Notes under the pieces: generated by a model
Databases searched by the model: none
Told to the model about the DNA's origin: nothing
The model's input: the letters and a program-made list of their open reading frames with translations, nothing else
Source: Lama glama
Taxonomy: Eukaryota
DNA length: 64,000 nucleotides
Assembly (NCBI GenBank): GCA_028534125.1
Contig: CM052824.1
Coordinates: 49,600,001 to 49,664,000, forward strand
Reading direction: 5' to 3'
Part shown: positions 12,441-25,170 of the stretch, piece by piece
Layout of the letters: every line of letters starts with the position of its first letter
Position numbering within the stretch: position 1 is the first letter of the stretch
Position numbers and translations under genes: made by a program

Positions 12441-13789
12441 AACAAATTCTCTCCATTCAGCATGGACCCCAGCATGGCTCCGATACAGTGAGGACAGAAG
12501 GGGAAAGAGGGCTATTTTGGCATCTTGAGGCTTCAGCGTGGGAAACACTGGACCACAGCGCCCTAGCAGATGCAGAAATTTGATCACCTGCAGAAATTGC
12601 TCCCAGGCCTCGGCAGGCAACCCCAGTTTGCCTAGCATGGAGTGTGCAGGACTACCTCTTCCCCCGAGACTTCCAGAAACACTTAAAGGAAGGAGCTTTG
12701 TGGGGCTCTGAGATCCTATGCAGTTGATGGAGCCCCACGCTGGCAGGTTTTGTATATTTATGTTGATGACACTTGCTAGTGGTTGCTCACCTTCCTTATG
12801 GTCCTTCCCTGTCAGCGGTAAATAAAATTGCACCTGGATTTATTAAGTATAATCTGCATCCCTGCCAGAGCTGTAAGCTCCAAAAGGGAATCAGGCCAAG
12901 CATGCCCTTGGAAAGTTGGCTCTGATAGAGGCCGAGGGCCTTTGGGAAACAATATGACTTAGTTCTGGGGAAAAGGCATGAGCAGAATCATCTCTCACAA
13001 CTGGCTCTTTGTTCCTCCCATTTGCAACTGTTCAGTGGCCAGTGTAACACGAGCAAGAAGCATAACCTTAACCTGGCTCCTGCAGGAAGTTTGTGGCCTG
13101 TGCTCAACCCTCTGTTTCAAGGTAAAGAAGAGGGGGATGGTACTTAAGAACCAAGGGATGCTCATCCACCTACTTCACTCCTGGGTGCCCCAGACATCCC
13201 CACGGTCAGTGCTTGTCTGCACCATGGAATCAGAGGGAACAGCCGTGTTGGCAGAGTTGCCCAGTGTCTGGCCAGGAACGTGGTCCAGAGAGAAACAATG
13301 ACCACTCTTCCTTCTCGCCAAGGAGCATTTCTGTTTGGGGTGGGAAGAGGTGCAGGGAGAGGCTGGGGCTTATGGCTTGCAGGCCAAAGACAGCCCACCG
13401 GGGTCTTCTGGGGCGCACGGGCTGGTGGCTGCGGCTGTCCCTTCTTGGCTTTATTTGTGAGAATATACAAACTCATTCTTTGATAGAGCTTGGACCCAGA
13501 GATACTCTTCTGATAGTGGGAACAATGATCCCCACCCCGCAGATGGTTGTGAGGACAGATGAGATCAGGTAGACCAAGGGCTCGGCACAGTGCCCGGCGC
13601 TGGCCCGGCTGCCCCTGCTCCTCCTCCACCTTGGTTTCATCTCTCATAGCAGAACCAGGACCTTGGCAGGTCACTCTCAGCCGGCTGCCAATCCAATTTA
13701 CTAAAGTATCCACATGAGAACCTATCACACATCTTAACAGCGCCCTGTTTGCATTATCCACAGAGATGCTAATGAAAACAGCTGTGATT

Positions 13790-13970
13790 TAGCGTGCACT
13801 CTCTGTGTTCCGGGGCATTTTCATCTATCAACAGATCTGGTCCTCGCAACAGTCCTGCAAGGTAAGTCTTTATTCTGATCCCCATTTTGTAAATGAGGAC
13901 ACTGGGATTCCAGAGAGGTGAAGGGAATTAGGGGGTAGAGCCAAGACCTGAACCTGGGACACCTGCTTAT
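13790..13970 (-). mobile_element. MIR SINE
   Basis: cctcgcaacagtcctgcaaggtaag...ccccattttgtaaatgaggacactg. Confidence 0.75.
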
Positions 13971-14584
13971 CTCCTCAGCACTGTGTTGCCTCTCCCCGAC
14001 CTGCGTGAGAACTTTCCATGACCTGCTTTAACTGTGATTCTCCCTCCCCACTCAGGAGCCTTGCCCCAGTGGTGGCAGTCACTGTAGACACGTGAACAGG
14101 TCTATCAATAGGACTAATTGATCTGTGGCTCCCCTGGGCTCTCAGAGGCAATTAATTGCAATGACACATTCCCAGCAAGTTTGAAGGTGGTTTTTCTCCC
14201 TCTGAAACTTTGTCTCTCTGAGGTTGGACCCTGGACTCATTCCCCAGAGAATGGAGAAACCTGATTTGGTATCCCCAGGAGCAGTCAGGGGCCTCCCAGG
14301 AGCTAGGCTGTTGCCATGGCATCTGTCTGCCTTAGCTTCTCTGAGGCTGGGCCTGGCCGGCACGGTCCAGCTAAGCATCAGATCATGCCAGGCTGGTGGC
14401 AGTGTTGCCAAGGGGATGCCGGCCTCTGAGATGCTCTGGTGTTGTGCATATTGGAGGAGCGCCAATGGGAGGCAGGGACAGGGCTTCAGAAGGACATCTC
14501 CCTCCTAGGGACTGGTCTTCAGCTCCTGAAAAGTCCCTGCCTGTGGATGTCTCCCTAAGAGCCCAGCACAGTGCCTGGCACACA

Positions 14585-15140
14585 CGCTCACTCATTTACT
14601 TATTAGTTCAACCCATGTTTATCGGGCACACTTGGTGCCAAGCACTGACACTGATGCAAGGAGGGAGTGAAAACACACACAGGGCTGACTGTCACAGGGC
14701 TTACGTTTTTTGTGAAAGAGGAAACTGCTCATGGAAGCCAAAGAGCAGCTGTGACAAATGCCACCAAGAGAGTCACATGGTTCTTGTCTGACGTAGGGGA
14801 ATTTGACCTAATCAGTGAGATGGGAAAGTCTACTTGAGTTGAGATCTGAATGAGTAGGTGTTAACTAGAAGAGAAGCAGGAGGAGGATGAGGAAGAGCAG
14901 AGTCAGAGGGAACAGGATGTGCAAAGGATGTGCAGTGGAGACATCTGTATGGGACAGGATGAGGACCGGCCCAGGCAGGGCCTTGCAGACCGTGCTAAGG
15001 AATCTGGCTTCCATCTCAAGGGCAATGGGAAGTCATTGGAAAGCTTTAAAGCAGGGGGTGATGTGATCAGATCCGTTTTGAAATGATTGCATAGCTGCGG
15101 AGTGAAGCTTTGGAGAGACGGCTCCAAGCAGACGTGGAGA
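14585..15140 (-). mobile_element. L2 LINE fragment
   Basis: ctcatttacttattagttcaacccatgtttatcgggcac...caatgggaagtcattggaaagctttaaagcagggg. Confidence 0.7.
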
Positions 15141-17069
15141 TCACCAGTGGTAGGAAAAGTACTCAAGACGTTATTTTGAAACTATTTTCCAAATCTGTCC
15201 CCTATTGGCCTTCCTCGCCGACACCACCTTGGCTCAGGCATCTTCATCTCCTTCACGCAGTTCTAACCAGCCCCTAGCTGGACCACTGGCCTCTGCTGTT
15301 TCCCATCTGTCATCCACCCGGCAATGGCTGGCAGAGATCCCATTCAAAACTCCAAATCTGATCATGAGCTGCCCCGTGGAGGCCACGGTGGTTCTCTGTG
15401 TCTTCTTTCAGCCTGAAATGTGGGGCTCTCTCATTGTGGTCACATTCTCTCCCCTCCCCAGGTTCCCCTTGGCTTCCGGAACACAGGGTGACTTTTATCC
15501 CCAGGCAGACTCTCTGCCTAGAATGCCATTTCCTCCTCCCAGTTCCTGGCAGGTCTGCCTCATCCTTCAAGAAAACCCTGGGGAGTACTCCTGGATGGCT
15601 CCAGCCACCTATCTTTCCCATACCTTGGTCCAGATTCTGATTTATTTCCATGCTGCCTCTGTAGGTAACAGAGAGAATGATGTCTGGTGGAGCATCTACC
15701 CAGACCAGGCTCTCAAAAGTACATTAATTCATTTCAGCCTGATAACAACTGGCACGTGAAGAAAATATTATTTACACTTTAGAGATGTGAAAACCGAGGC
15801 TCAAAGAAGGGAAAGAACTCCCCCAAGGTTATGCTGTAAATAAGTGGCAGCAGTGGGGTCTGTCTGCTCTGAAAATCCACTCTCTTTACACCACAGCCTG
15901 GGATGGAGGGGTGGGGGGCATCATTTGACCTCTTGGGGTTCATCAAACCAGGGAAGGGATGGAATCAGAAAGCAATGCAACTAAATGGAGGTAAGTCTCT
16001 TGCTCCCTCTGTGACTGCTCCTTGCTCAAGGTCACTCTGTCTCAGACAATGATATTAATACTGAGTGTTCATATGTTATAAACATCTACAGGTTATAAAT
16101 GTCTATGTTATAAATAACATGAACGTATTTATCACATATGTATATGTGTCAGGCTCTATGCAAACTGCTTAGCTAGCATTATCCCAACAAAAACTTGACA
16201 AGAACCCTGGAAGAGAGGTGCCGTGATCATGCCCCCACCACTCCCGCAGAGGGGAAACTGACACTCACACCCTCATCTACAGGAAGAGAGGCTGTACCAA
16301 GCTGGCTCCCAAGCCCACAGTCCCTGCCTCTATGAAATACACCTTGAACATCTACAAGGAATGGTTTACCCTGGGTCTCAAGGTCATTAAGTGTTCAACT
16401 ACTCCTGTGGTCCATGTAGCTTTTCCTAGAGCCTGAACCCCACTGATCCCCCTGCTCAGGCTCTTCATGTGCTCCTGGAATTCCCTGGCAGGAAGGAGGC
16501 AATCTTTGTTTCAGTTGACTGTGTTTCATATATTCATCCACCCGTCCATCCATCCATCCAACCAACAAACATGTATTAGTACTTACTGTGTGCCATGCCT
16601 TACTATGGGCTGGGACTATGCAGATCAAAAAGGTCTGGCCCTGGGGAACCCGCAGGCCAGTACTGTTTCCTGCCCACCAAGGCTATGGGTGACAATGCAG
16701 AGACCAATTAGACATACCCAGTGACTGTCAAAGTTCGGTAGCCTGAGGGCATGCCAGAAAATCTGTATTTTTTCCACCTCTGGTAAAGTCTGGAGCAGAG
16801 GCATCCAGTTGATGGGAAAAGGAATTAGCTCAGCTGTTGCTTATCCCGCAGGAACATCGACAATGAGGAGACAGCTTGCAGAGTCTGGGCAACGTCATCA
16901 TGGTTGGATTTCCCCTGCAGGCAGCTTGCTGAGATTTTTCTAGAGGCAGATTGTCGCAGCTTCTCCATCCGCATCAGCTCAGGAGGCATCTCTCAACATC
17001 TTGCCCTTCCTGTTGACGCTGCTGCCAGTGGGCTGGCTGTAAGGCAAGTACTGCCCTCCTGAAGAAGCT

Positions 17070-17290
17070 ACTATAACTCTGCCTCTGTACGCCAGGCTCT
17101 TCGTAGGCGATGTCACCACTCCCCACAATGACCCTGGAATGTAGGGGCTGTTGTCCCCATTTTACAGGTGGAAACATTGAGGCTCACTGAGGAAGGACAC
17201 TCAGCCCAAGATCAGACAGCCAGGCAGTGGAGCACCGGGCCAGGAGCCCAGGTCCCTCTGATGCAAACCTGTATCTTCTGCATTATTTCA
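17070..17290 (-). mobile_element. MIR SINE
   Basis: ccccattttacaggtggaaacattgaggctca core. Confidence 0.75.
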
Positions 17291-18910
17291 TGGCCCTGCC
17301 CGCAGGTAAGCAATATACTAAATGGTAATGTCTTCTAAGTTTATGATTCTTTTGCTTGTGGGGATTAAGGAGGTCTGAGTACTTCAGAGAGGCACAGAGA
17401 GGAAACATGAGAGACCGTGAAATACAGCTCCCAGCTTACATAAAGATAGTATCTAAAAGCTGGGAATCTGGAATCCATTTGCCTAGTTAATGTGGTGGTT
17501 GGATTTCCAGACTGGCCCACAAAATCCCATTTGACCCTTAAAGACTTGGAGGATTGCTAGCTGTATTTCAGTTACACTGAGCTGTCACTTATAATCCTGT
17601 TGAATCAAGAAACACATTTCAAGATTTCACTCATGATACCAGCGACATGTCTCTCTTCTTCAATGCCCCGCACCCGCAAGCCACAGCCTCAGAGTTCCTC
17701 CAAAAAGGCAAGGATGAGGCTTGATTCCTTTATCCTGAAGGTAAAGACCCCTCTGCGTACTGGTGAACACGCCACATCTGTCTAAGACAGTGCTTAATGC
17801 ACAGCAGATTCTCAGGACATGTTGTCTGGAGAAAAAAAAAGACAGGAAGTGAGGAGTGCGGAGGATGGTGGGCAGGAGGGAAAGGGAGAAATCAGGACGG
17901 GAAAGAGTGATAGATAGACAGGAAGGCAATAGTTTCAGTCATTGTGGGTGTTTTCAGGGCAGATTCTGCAGGTAAGCTGGCCAGATGTGCCTGGGCTGTA
18001 CTTGGTCTCCACCCACATAATTTTGCTTCCAGCTGGCTGGCCTGTCTCAAAGACAAAGAGTTCTTCAGCGGCAGGGAAGGTGGTCCTGGCTGCCCTTCAT
18101 CAGGGCACCTACGCTGTTAGACCAGCAGCTCCCCCAGGCCCTGGCTGCCAGTGTGGGGCTGTGAGGGCTGATGCTTGTGCCTCACAAATGCCTCCCCATC
18201 CTGGGTGTCCATTTGCCCTTTCCTGATGGAAGAGACTTTGTCCGGCAGACAGGCATTGCTGGGTGTTGCCATGGTGATGGCTATGATGTCACTCAAGAGT
18301 AAATCAAATTGCAAGTCTCACGGTAGAACAGCTCTACATTGGGAGGGTGGTTAGGAAGGAGGAAGGGGAGTCACAGGGTTGGTCTGTGCTGTGTCAGTCT
18401 CCCACCTCTCTCGCTACTTGGTCACCTGAGATGAGGCTCGTTGGTTCATTCTTTCATGCCAATCATTTTTGGAGCACCTACTATGGACTAAGCGCTGTGC
18501 TAGGTACTGGGGATGGACGTGCAGATATAGTGATGTGGTGCCTGTGTGTCTGCACAGTTTAGTCTGGCGGGAGGGACAGGCACATAAGAAATCACACCAT
18601 AACCTGTCACCACCATTGTGATTAGTTTGCTCTGGCCGCCATAACAAAGTCCCCCTGACTGGTTGGCTTAAACAACAGAAACTTCTGTTCTCACAATTCT
18701 GGAGGCTAGAAGTCCAAGATCAAGGTGTCAGCAGGATTCATTTCTCTTATGGCCTCTTTTTGGCTTGTGGATGACTGTCTTTTCCCTGTGTCTTCACACG
18801 GTTTTCTGTCTAAATTTTCTGTTCTCATAAGGACACCGATCTTATTGGATTAGGGCCCACCCTAATGACCTCATTTTAACATAATTACCTCTTTAAAGAT
18901 CCTATGTCCG

Positions 18911-19326
18911 AGGGGGAGGGTAGAGCTTGTGCTTGGCGTGCACGAAGACCTGGGTTCAATCCCCAGCACTGCCATTAAAAAGAATAATGATACTAACCAC
19001 TGTATAAAATAGACAAACAGCAAGTTTCTACTGTAGAGCACAGGGAACTGTATTCAATATCTGGTAGTGACCTATAATGAAAAAGAATATGAAAAGGAAT
19101 GTATTATGTACACGTGTGACTGAAACATTATGCGGTACACCAGAAACTGATGCAACATGGTAAACTAACTATATACTTCAGTAAAAAAAAAACAAAAATC
19201 CAAAAACAAAACCAAAATAATAAACAAACAATCCTAATTTCCTGTCCCCCCAAAAATGATTGAAAACCAAATATTCTTTAAAAAAAAAAACCCCAAAACT
19301 AAGAGTGACTCAATAACTTAAGAAAA
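18911..19326 (+). mobile_element. tRNA-derived SINE, camelid Vic-1-like, with an L1 inserted in its A-rich linker
   Basis: Head GGGGGAGGG..TAGAGC..GCACGAAGACCTGGGTTCAATCCCCAG with Pol III B-box GGTTCAATCC; tail cctaatttcctgtcccccc after the L1; degenerate 15-bp TSD at 18895-18909 and 19327-19341 (12/15). Confidence 0.75.
18989..19213 (+). mobile_element. 5'-truncated L1 3' end nested in the SINE
   Basis: Aligns by eye to the L1 3' UTR at 33248-33431 (gcacagggaact..attcaatatctggtagt.acctataatg); A-rich tail. Confidence 0.9.
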
Positions 19327-19409
19327 AAAGACTCTGTGTCCAAATATAGTCAGACTGTGACGTACTGGGAGGTGAGGACTTCCGCGTGTGAATTTCAGCC
19401 CATCACAGG

Positions 19410-19810
19410 AAGTTGGGAGACTATGTAAGAGAGCTTCCAAGCTAGCGGACTGGAAGAGGGGAAAGGAACTTCTTCCTGATGAACTGCCATTTCAATAGAG
19501 ACTTGGAGGACTAGAAGGAGTTTTCCAGGAAGGGAGGGGGAAGATGAGATGAACTTCTAGGCAGAGGAAACAGATGTGTAAGGGCCAAGAGCTGGGAAGT
19601 CTCCTGATGAATTCTAGGAATTAAAAGAAGACCAGTGTGGCTGGCATAGAGTGAATGGTGTAAGAGGTAGGCGGATGCCAGATCACACAGCACCTTGCAG
19701 GCAATGGTAAAAATCTGGACTTTTTTCTATGAGCAATGGGAAGCAACTAATGGGTTTTAAGCAGAAGAGCAACTTGATCAGAATCTTTGGAAAGACAGCT
19801 CTTCCAATGG
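19410..19810 (-). mobile_element. L2 LINE fragment
   Basis: taggcagaggaaacagatgtgtaagggcc...gagcaatgggaagcaactaatgggttttaagcag. Confidence 0.7.
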
Positions 19811-20099
19811 CTTTGGAGGGATACCCAGAGGCTACCAGAGGGAGTGAGTAGGGAACTTCAGAATTCTCCTTGGTCCTCTGGTCACCACCAAACGTCCTGA
19901 CAGTTGTCTGAAGACACAACCATTTGAAGGCCAAGATATCCCCCCGAGAGTTTCTTCTCACCCTTTCTTCAGTCTGGCTAGTTGTTTGAGGACACCCATT
20001 CTGGAGCCTACTTCATTCTACAGCTCTGATAGAGAGTTAGAATTGCTCTGAGTGTGAAACTGATGGACCCTTCAACATCTTCTGAAGGCGATGTGTTTG

Positions 20100-20535
20100 A
20101 TGACATAGGATGCCTGTGTTTTGCCTGCCAGGCCCTGTCCCTCCTTTTTGTGGTAGAAGCTCTGATGCTCCTTTTGTGAGTGATCCTTCCTTCACCATGG
20201 GCAGGTCTGGTGGAGCTGTCAATCAAGATGTCCTGCCCATCACCCAGCCAAGAGATGGACACAGGACCCAGGATTGCTCCCAGAATCTGAGTCTAAAGGA
20301 GAGTAACATGAAGACAGTGGCAGGTGAACATGATTCACCCACAGGGGCCTGGCAGGGATTATGTTTTGGTTTCCTGCCCCATGGATTCTTGGTTTCTCAT
20401 TCTTCCTGAGAACTAGTTTGTGTGTTTGTTTCACTTTTTTCTTCAATCTGTAAGCTTTCCCACATCTTCCCAGTAAATTTCATTGCCTGAGTGAGCCAGT
20501 GCCTTTTTGTTGCATGCACTCAGATCCCTAACATC
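20100..20535 (+). mobile_element. LTR16-like ERVL solo LTR
   Basis: ggtctggtggagctgtcaatcaag...acaggacccagg; 3' end cccagtaaattt...gagtgagccagtg...ttgttgcatgca. Confidence 0.6.
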
Positions 20536-20829
20536 AGTCTTGGCTGCTGAAATCTGACATGGTGGCATGAAGAAGCTTGGACTCAGGAAAAGCCTCTTTT
20601 CCAACTGTCCTTTGTGGGGGGCATTAAACATGCTCCCTTAAGACAACTCAGAGGCACCACGTGGCTTTCTCCCTTGCAGTGTCTTGATCACATGAGGGTG
20701 AGTCAAATTTCCCAGCTTGCTTTGGATTTCTTTTTTTTTTTTTAAACGGGCATATGGGACTACCTCCCAAGCTTTAATTTTTTAATTTTAATTTTATGTT
20801 TTAAGGAAAACAATGGTTTTTATTTTTTT

Positions 20830-21570
20830 TTAACACCTTTATTATGGTATGATTCCTGTACAGTAAACTACACATATTTCAGGTGTACAATTTGATAAAT
20901 TTTGATAGATGTGTATACCAATGAAACCACCACCACAGTCAAGATAGCTAACATTTCCATAATTTCCCAAAAGGTACAAATTTTGAATTCTCAAATTATC
21001 CCTTCCCACCCCTTTTACCTACTGGTAACCATAAGTTGCTCTCTATGTCTATGAATCTGTCTCTCTTTTGTAGATAAGTTCATTTGTGTGCTTTTTTTTT
21101 TTAGATTCCATGTATAAACAACGTCATATGGTACTTTTCTTTCTCTTTCTGACTTACTTCANNNNNNNNNNNNNNNNNNNNNNNNNNNNNNNNNNNNNNN
21201 NNNNNNNNNNNNNNNNNNNNNNNNNNNNNNNNNNNNNNNNNNNNNNNNNNNNNNNNNNNNNNNNNNNNNNNNNNNNNNNNNNNNNNNNNNNNNNNNNNNN
21301 NNNNNNNNNNNNNNNNNNNNNNNNNNNNNNNNNNNNNNNNNNNNNNNNNNNNNNNNNNNNNNNNNNNNNNNNNNNNNNNNNNNNNNNNNNNNNNNNNNNN
21401 NNNNNNTTTTGAATTATATTTTCCTCCAGATATATGCCCAGGAATGGGATTGCTGGATCATATGATAAGCCTATTTTTAATTTTTTGAGGAATCTCCATA
21501 TTGTCCTCCATAGTGGCTGCAACAATTTACATTCCCACCAACAATGTAGGAGGGTTCTTTTTTCTCCATT
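20830..21570 (-). mobile_element. L1 fragments (older L1M-type 3' end adjoining a younger L1) containing an assembly gap
   Basis: Translation [30 protein letters not shown] matches the L1 ORF2p C-terminus; N-run at 21162-21406. Confidence 0.85.
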
Positions 21571-22569
21571 AACTTCTTGTCTTTGTCCGTTCTAGGTTGA
21601 CACGGAGGCCATTGCTGTGAGGGAGGGTTCCTGGATTCTGCATGACAGCATCAAATGCTGCAAAGAAATGGCGCTTCAAATAGTGGGAAAATGAGAAAGC
21701 TACTGGTGGCCCTCCTGATGGCAGCCCCAGCAGAGCAGTAGGCCAAAGTCACTGCTGGAGATGCAGGGAAGCGTTGGTGGAGAAGACCTTGCTGGCTGTG
21801 TGACTTTGAGCAAATTCCTTGGATACTCAGTTTCTTTACTTGCCAAATTGAGAGAAATGTTAAGCCTACCGCTTCAAGGTTGTTGAGAGAATTAATTCAG
21901 CACATAGAGGTCAGAGTTTTCAGGAATTTGGTCCACATATCACTGCTGAAACATTAGATCATGTCAGTTGGTACCCAAATAAGCCAATTCTCTTTGTAAC
22001 AGTTGTGCGTTTATGTGTGCGGACATCGACGTGAATGGTGAGCACCCCACAGCTGCAATTCTGTGGATGTTATTCTTCAGGACAAGGCCAAGTTAAAAGC
22101 TAGTCACTTTAAAGAAAAATTATCAAGTAAATAATAGGACAGATAAGAAAAGGGTGCGGCCATCAGACAAAGGCAGCTTTGGACATGGCGCTTACAGAGG
22201 GAATATCAGGAAGATGGATGTTGCTGGTGAGGGTGGCAGGGCAAAGGGAAGCAAGGCTGAGCTGGGCTGGATCTGGGCCCAGGAGGGTCAGAGATCTTGC
22301 AGAATATTCTCCCTCGGGCCTTGGTGAGGAGGTGTCTGAAGCTTCCCCTGAGCTGGCCTGGACGGGATCTCTGTGTACCTCCCGATGTCCTAGGTGTGGT
22401 TGTGGTACCTGCTGTATCTTGGGAAGATGAACTCTCGTCCCCTACCCCTGGGGATGAGCTGTGCTGTGGCCGCAGGGGCAGATGAGAGTGGCCTCCATCT
22501 CTCCTCCATCTGCTTCTGGGCTGATTCCTTGCTAAATTCCCTCTCTCCAGTCAGGCATCGATGGGAGCC

Positions 22570-22700
22570 ATGGGTTTGGGGATCAGATAGGGCTAGGTTT
22601 AAATCCTGTCTCTGCCATTCACTGGCTTTGAAACCTTAGGTAAATTCCCTCCTGCTCTGAGCTTTGGTTTCCTCATCTGTAAAATGAGAGTGATACAATT
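22570..22700 (+). mobile_element. MIR SINE
   Basis: ggtttaaatcctgtctctgcca...ctctgagctttggtttcctcatctgtaaaatgag. Confidence 0.8.
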
Positions 22701-23829
22701 TTGTTTTTTGAAAATGTGTTCTCTACTGAATTCCCAAAAAGATTTGGAACAGCAGCAGGTAGAGGTTATAATGGCCTGGTGACTCATGCAGCTGCTGCGA
22801 GGACAGATGGGATGCCCTGCACGGGCACCCAGCACAGGGCTCTATAAATATGCGGGTCTTTACCGGCTCATATAAGGCCCAACTCACCCCCAGGCCTCAG
22901 TGTGTCTACCCGTGGGAGGGATCGGCTGTGGGAAAGTTGGGTGGGACCCTCTCCAAGATTCCACCTGGCTCAAGCACACCCTCTTCTCCGTGCCAGGCTT
23001 TGTTCCGTTCTGAAAAAAGCTGGCAGGCAGGATGGGTTTTGTGCATCTTTCCATTCTGCTTTCTCTCCCATCTGTCTCAGGGAAGCAGGTTTAGAATCAG
23101 AGAGACCTGTATTGGAAGCTCAACTCACTAGCAGCCAGGTGACTTTCAATCTCTATATGCCTCCATTTCCTCATCTATCAAGTGGGAATAAAAATAAGGA
23201 CTTCGTATGGGTTCTTATAAGGAGGAAATAAGATGAGGAATGTGAAAAGGCCCAAGAGGGTTCCCAGATCATAGCAGGTGGCCCTGAGACTCTTATCCCT
23301 TCCCTTCCCAGCAGGAACTCAGGATCTCGTGTTCCGAAAATACATCCCATGACCTCAATTACCCCGCAATGACAACCCCAGCTCCTTCCCCTCCCGTCTC
23401 TGTCTGTTTGTCTCTCTCTGCTGTGGATCCTGCACAAGGTGACTGAAGGCAAGAAACCACTCATATGTGTGTTTAGGGCTCTTGGCTGGGAGTGGAACTG
23501 GGGCGAGGGGCAGCTGGCTGAGTGACAGCAGCCTGGGGGGAGGGCCTTGGCATGGGCGAGGGAACACAGTTAGCACTGACGAGGCCCGGGGTTCCCTCTC
23601 CATATGGGCCCACATGGGCCACTGCATTCCACTTAATAAACACTGATGAGCAGGGTTTGAGCAGGGCACCGGCCCAAGGTGGGTGAGTGGAAGACGCAGG
23701 GATGGGCCCCAAAGCAACAACGGCAGTAACAATAGCCACCACTGCCCAAGAGCTTAGCCTGGTTGTTCTAAGAGTTTTCTGTGCATTACTTTATTTAACC
23801 CTGATCTTTGCTCTTGGAGAGTTCATACT

Positions 23830-23968
23830 ATACTTGTAGTGACCTATAATGAAAAAGGATGTGAAAAGCAATATATGGTTGTATATGGATGACTGAAACA
23901 TGATGCTCTACACCAGAAATGGACACAACGTTGGAAACTGACTGTATTTAAAAAAAAACTGAATAAAA
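23830..23968 (+). mobile_element. Short 5'-truncated L1 3' end
   Basis: L1 3' UTR terminus plus A-tail; TSD AGAGTT(C/G)ATACT at 23818-23829 and 23969-23980. Confidence 0.85.
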
Positions 23969-24145
23969 AGAGTTGATACTGATGTTAATGATGATTCTAA
24001 CTTCCATTATCTAGTACTTACCCTGCTCCAGGCACTGGGTTGAGCACTGTCCACGTATTTTCTCTTATTCCCCAGCAACCCTGTGAGGCAGATAGCATTT
24101 TACAGGTGAGGGAACTGAGGCTCCTGTAAGTTCCCAGTGCTGGAT

Positions 24146-24311
24146 CAGTGCTTCTCACGCTTTTGTGTACACATAGAACAGCTGAGACCTTGCTCCATTC
24201 CAGGTTATTCTGATCCAGAAGGTCTGGAGTAGGGCCTGAGATTCTGTGTTTCTAACTGGCTCTGGGAGATGCCGATGCAGCCGTTCGTCAGCCCACACTG
24301 GAGGTGGGAGG
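24146..24311. mobile_element. MER5A-like hAT-Charlie DNA transposon
   Basis: cagtgcttctca...ggtctggagtagggcctgagattctgtgtttctaac...gatgccgatgc. Confidence 0.75.
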
Positions 24312-24438
24312 TACTAGATCACCCAGCTGCAGAGCGGCTGATCTGGGATCTGAAGACACACCGTCACAAGCTAAATCGAGCATGGGACCAACTTTAAACA
24401 GCACATAAGGACAGTGAAAAGAGAAAGGGACACTTTCT

Positions 24439-25170
24439 CTTTTTATAATTGAAGTATAGTCAGTTTCCAATGTTGTGTCAGTTTCTGGTGTACAGCATAG
24501 TGTTTCAGTCATCCATATACATACACACATTCCTTTTCATATTCTTCTTCATTGTAGGTTACTATCAGATATTGAATATAGTTCCCTGTGCTGTACAGTA
24601 GAAACTTGTTATTCACCCATTTTATATATAGTAGTTAATATCTGCACATCTCAAACTCCCAGTTTATCCCTTCCCACCCACTTCCCCCACTGGTAACCAT
24701 AAGTTTGTTTTCTATGTCTGTGAATCTGTTTCTGTTTTGTAAATAAGTTCACTTGTGTCTTTTTTTATTCCATATGTAAGTGATATGATATGGTATTTTT
24801 CTTTCTCTTTCTGGCTTACTTCACTTAGAGTNNNNNNNNNNNNNNNNNNNNNNNNNNNNNNNNNNNNNNNNNNNNNNNNNNNNNNNNNNNNNNNNNNNNN
24901 NNNNNNNNNNNNNNNNNNNNNNNNNNNNNNNNNNNNNNNNNNNNNNNNNNNNNNNNNNNNNNNNNNNNNNNNNNNNNNNNNNNNNNNNNNNNNNNNNNNN
25001 NNNNNNNNNNNNNNNNNNNNNTTTTGAATTGGAGTTTTCTCCGAATATATGCCCAGGAGTACAATTGCTGGATCATAAGGTAAGTCTATTTTTAGTGTTT
25101 TAAAGAGTCTCCATACTGTTTTCCATAATGGCTGCACCAAACTGCATTCCCACCAACAGTATGAGGGTTC
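24439..25170 (-). mobile_element. 5'-truncated L1 with ORF2 C-terminal remnant and an assembly gap
   Basis: Translation CWWECSLVQPLWKTVWRLFKTLKIDLPYDPAIVLLGIY...LSEVSQKEKEKYHIISL; TSD AGAAAGGGAC..TTTCT at 24422-24438 and 25172-25188 (15/17); N-run at 24832-25021. Confidence 0.92.

Larger units (their letters stand above)
18617..19408 (-). mobile_element. MLT1A/B-like MaLR solo LTR split by a SINE+L1 insertion
   Basis: ggcttaaacaacagaaa...ctggaggctagaagtccaagatcaaggtgtcagcagg; LTR sequence resumes after 19341 (caaatatagtcagactgtgacgtactggg). Confidence 0.85.

Noticed and set aside
17958-17971. 14-nt plus-strand microexon-like pattern (ttttcag...gtaagc)
   Set aside because: Not frame-preserving, short pyrimidine tract, and no plus-strand transcription unit is supported here.
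18911-18975. tRNA gene
   Set aside because: It has a B-box but a damaged A-box region, an A-rich tail and TSDs, so it is a SINE.
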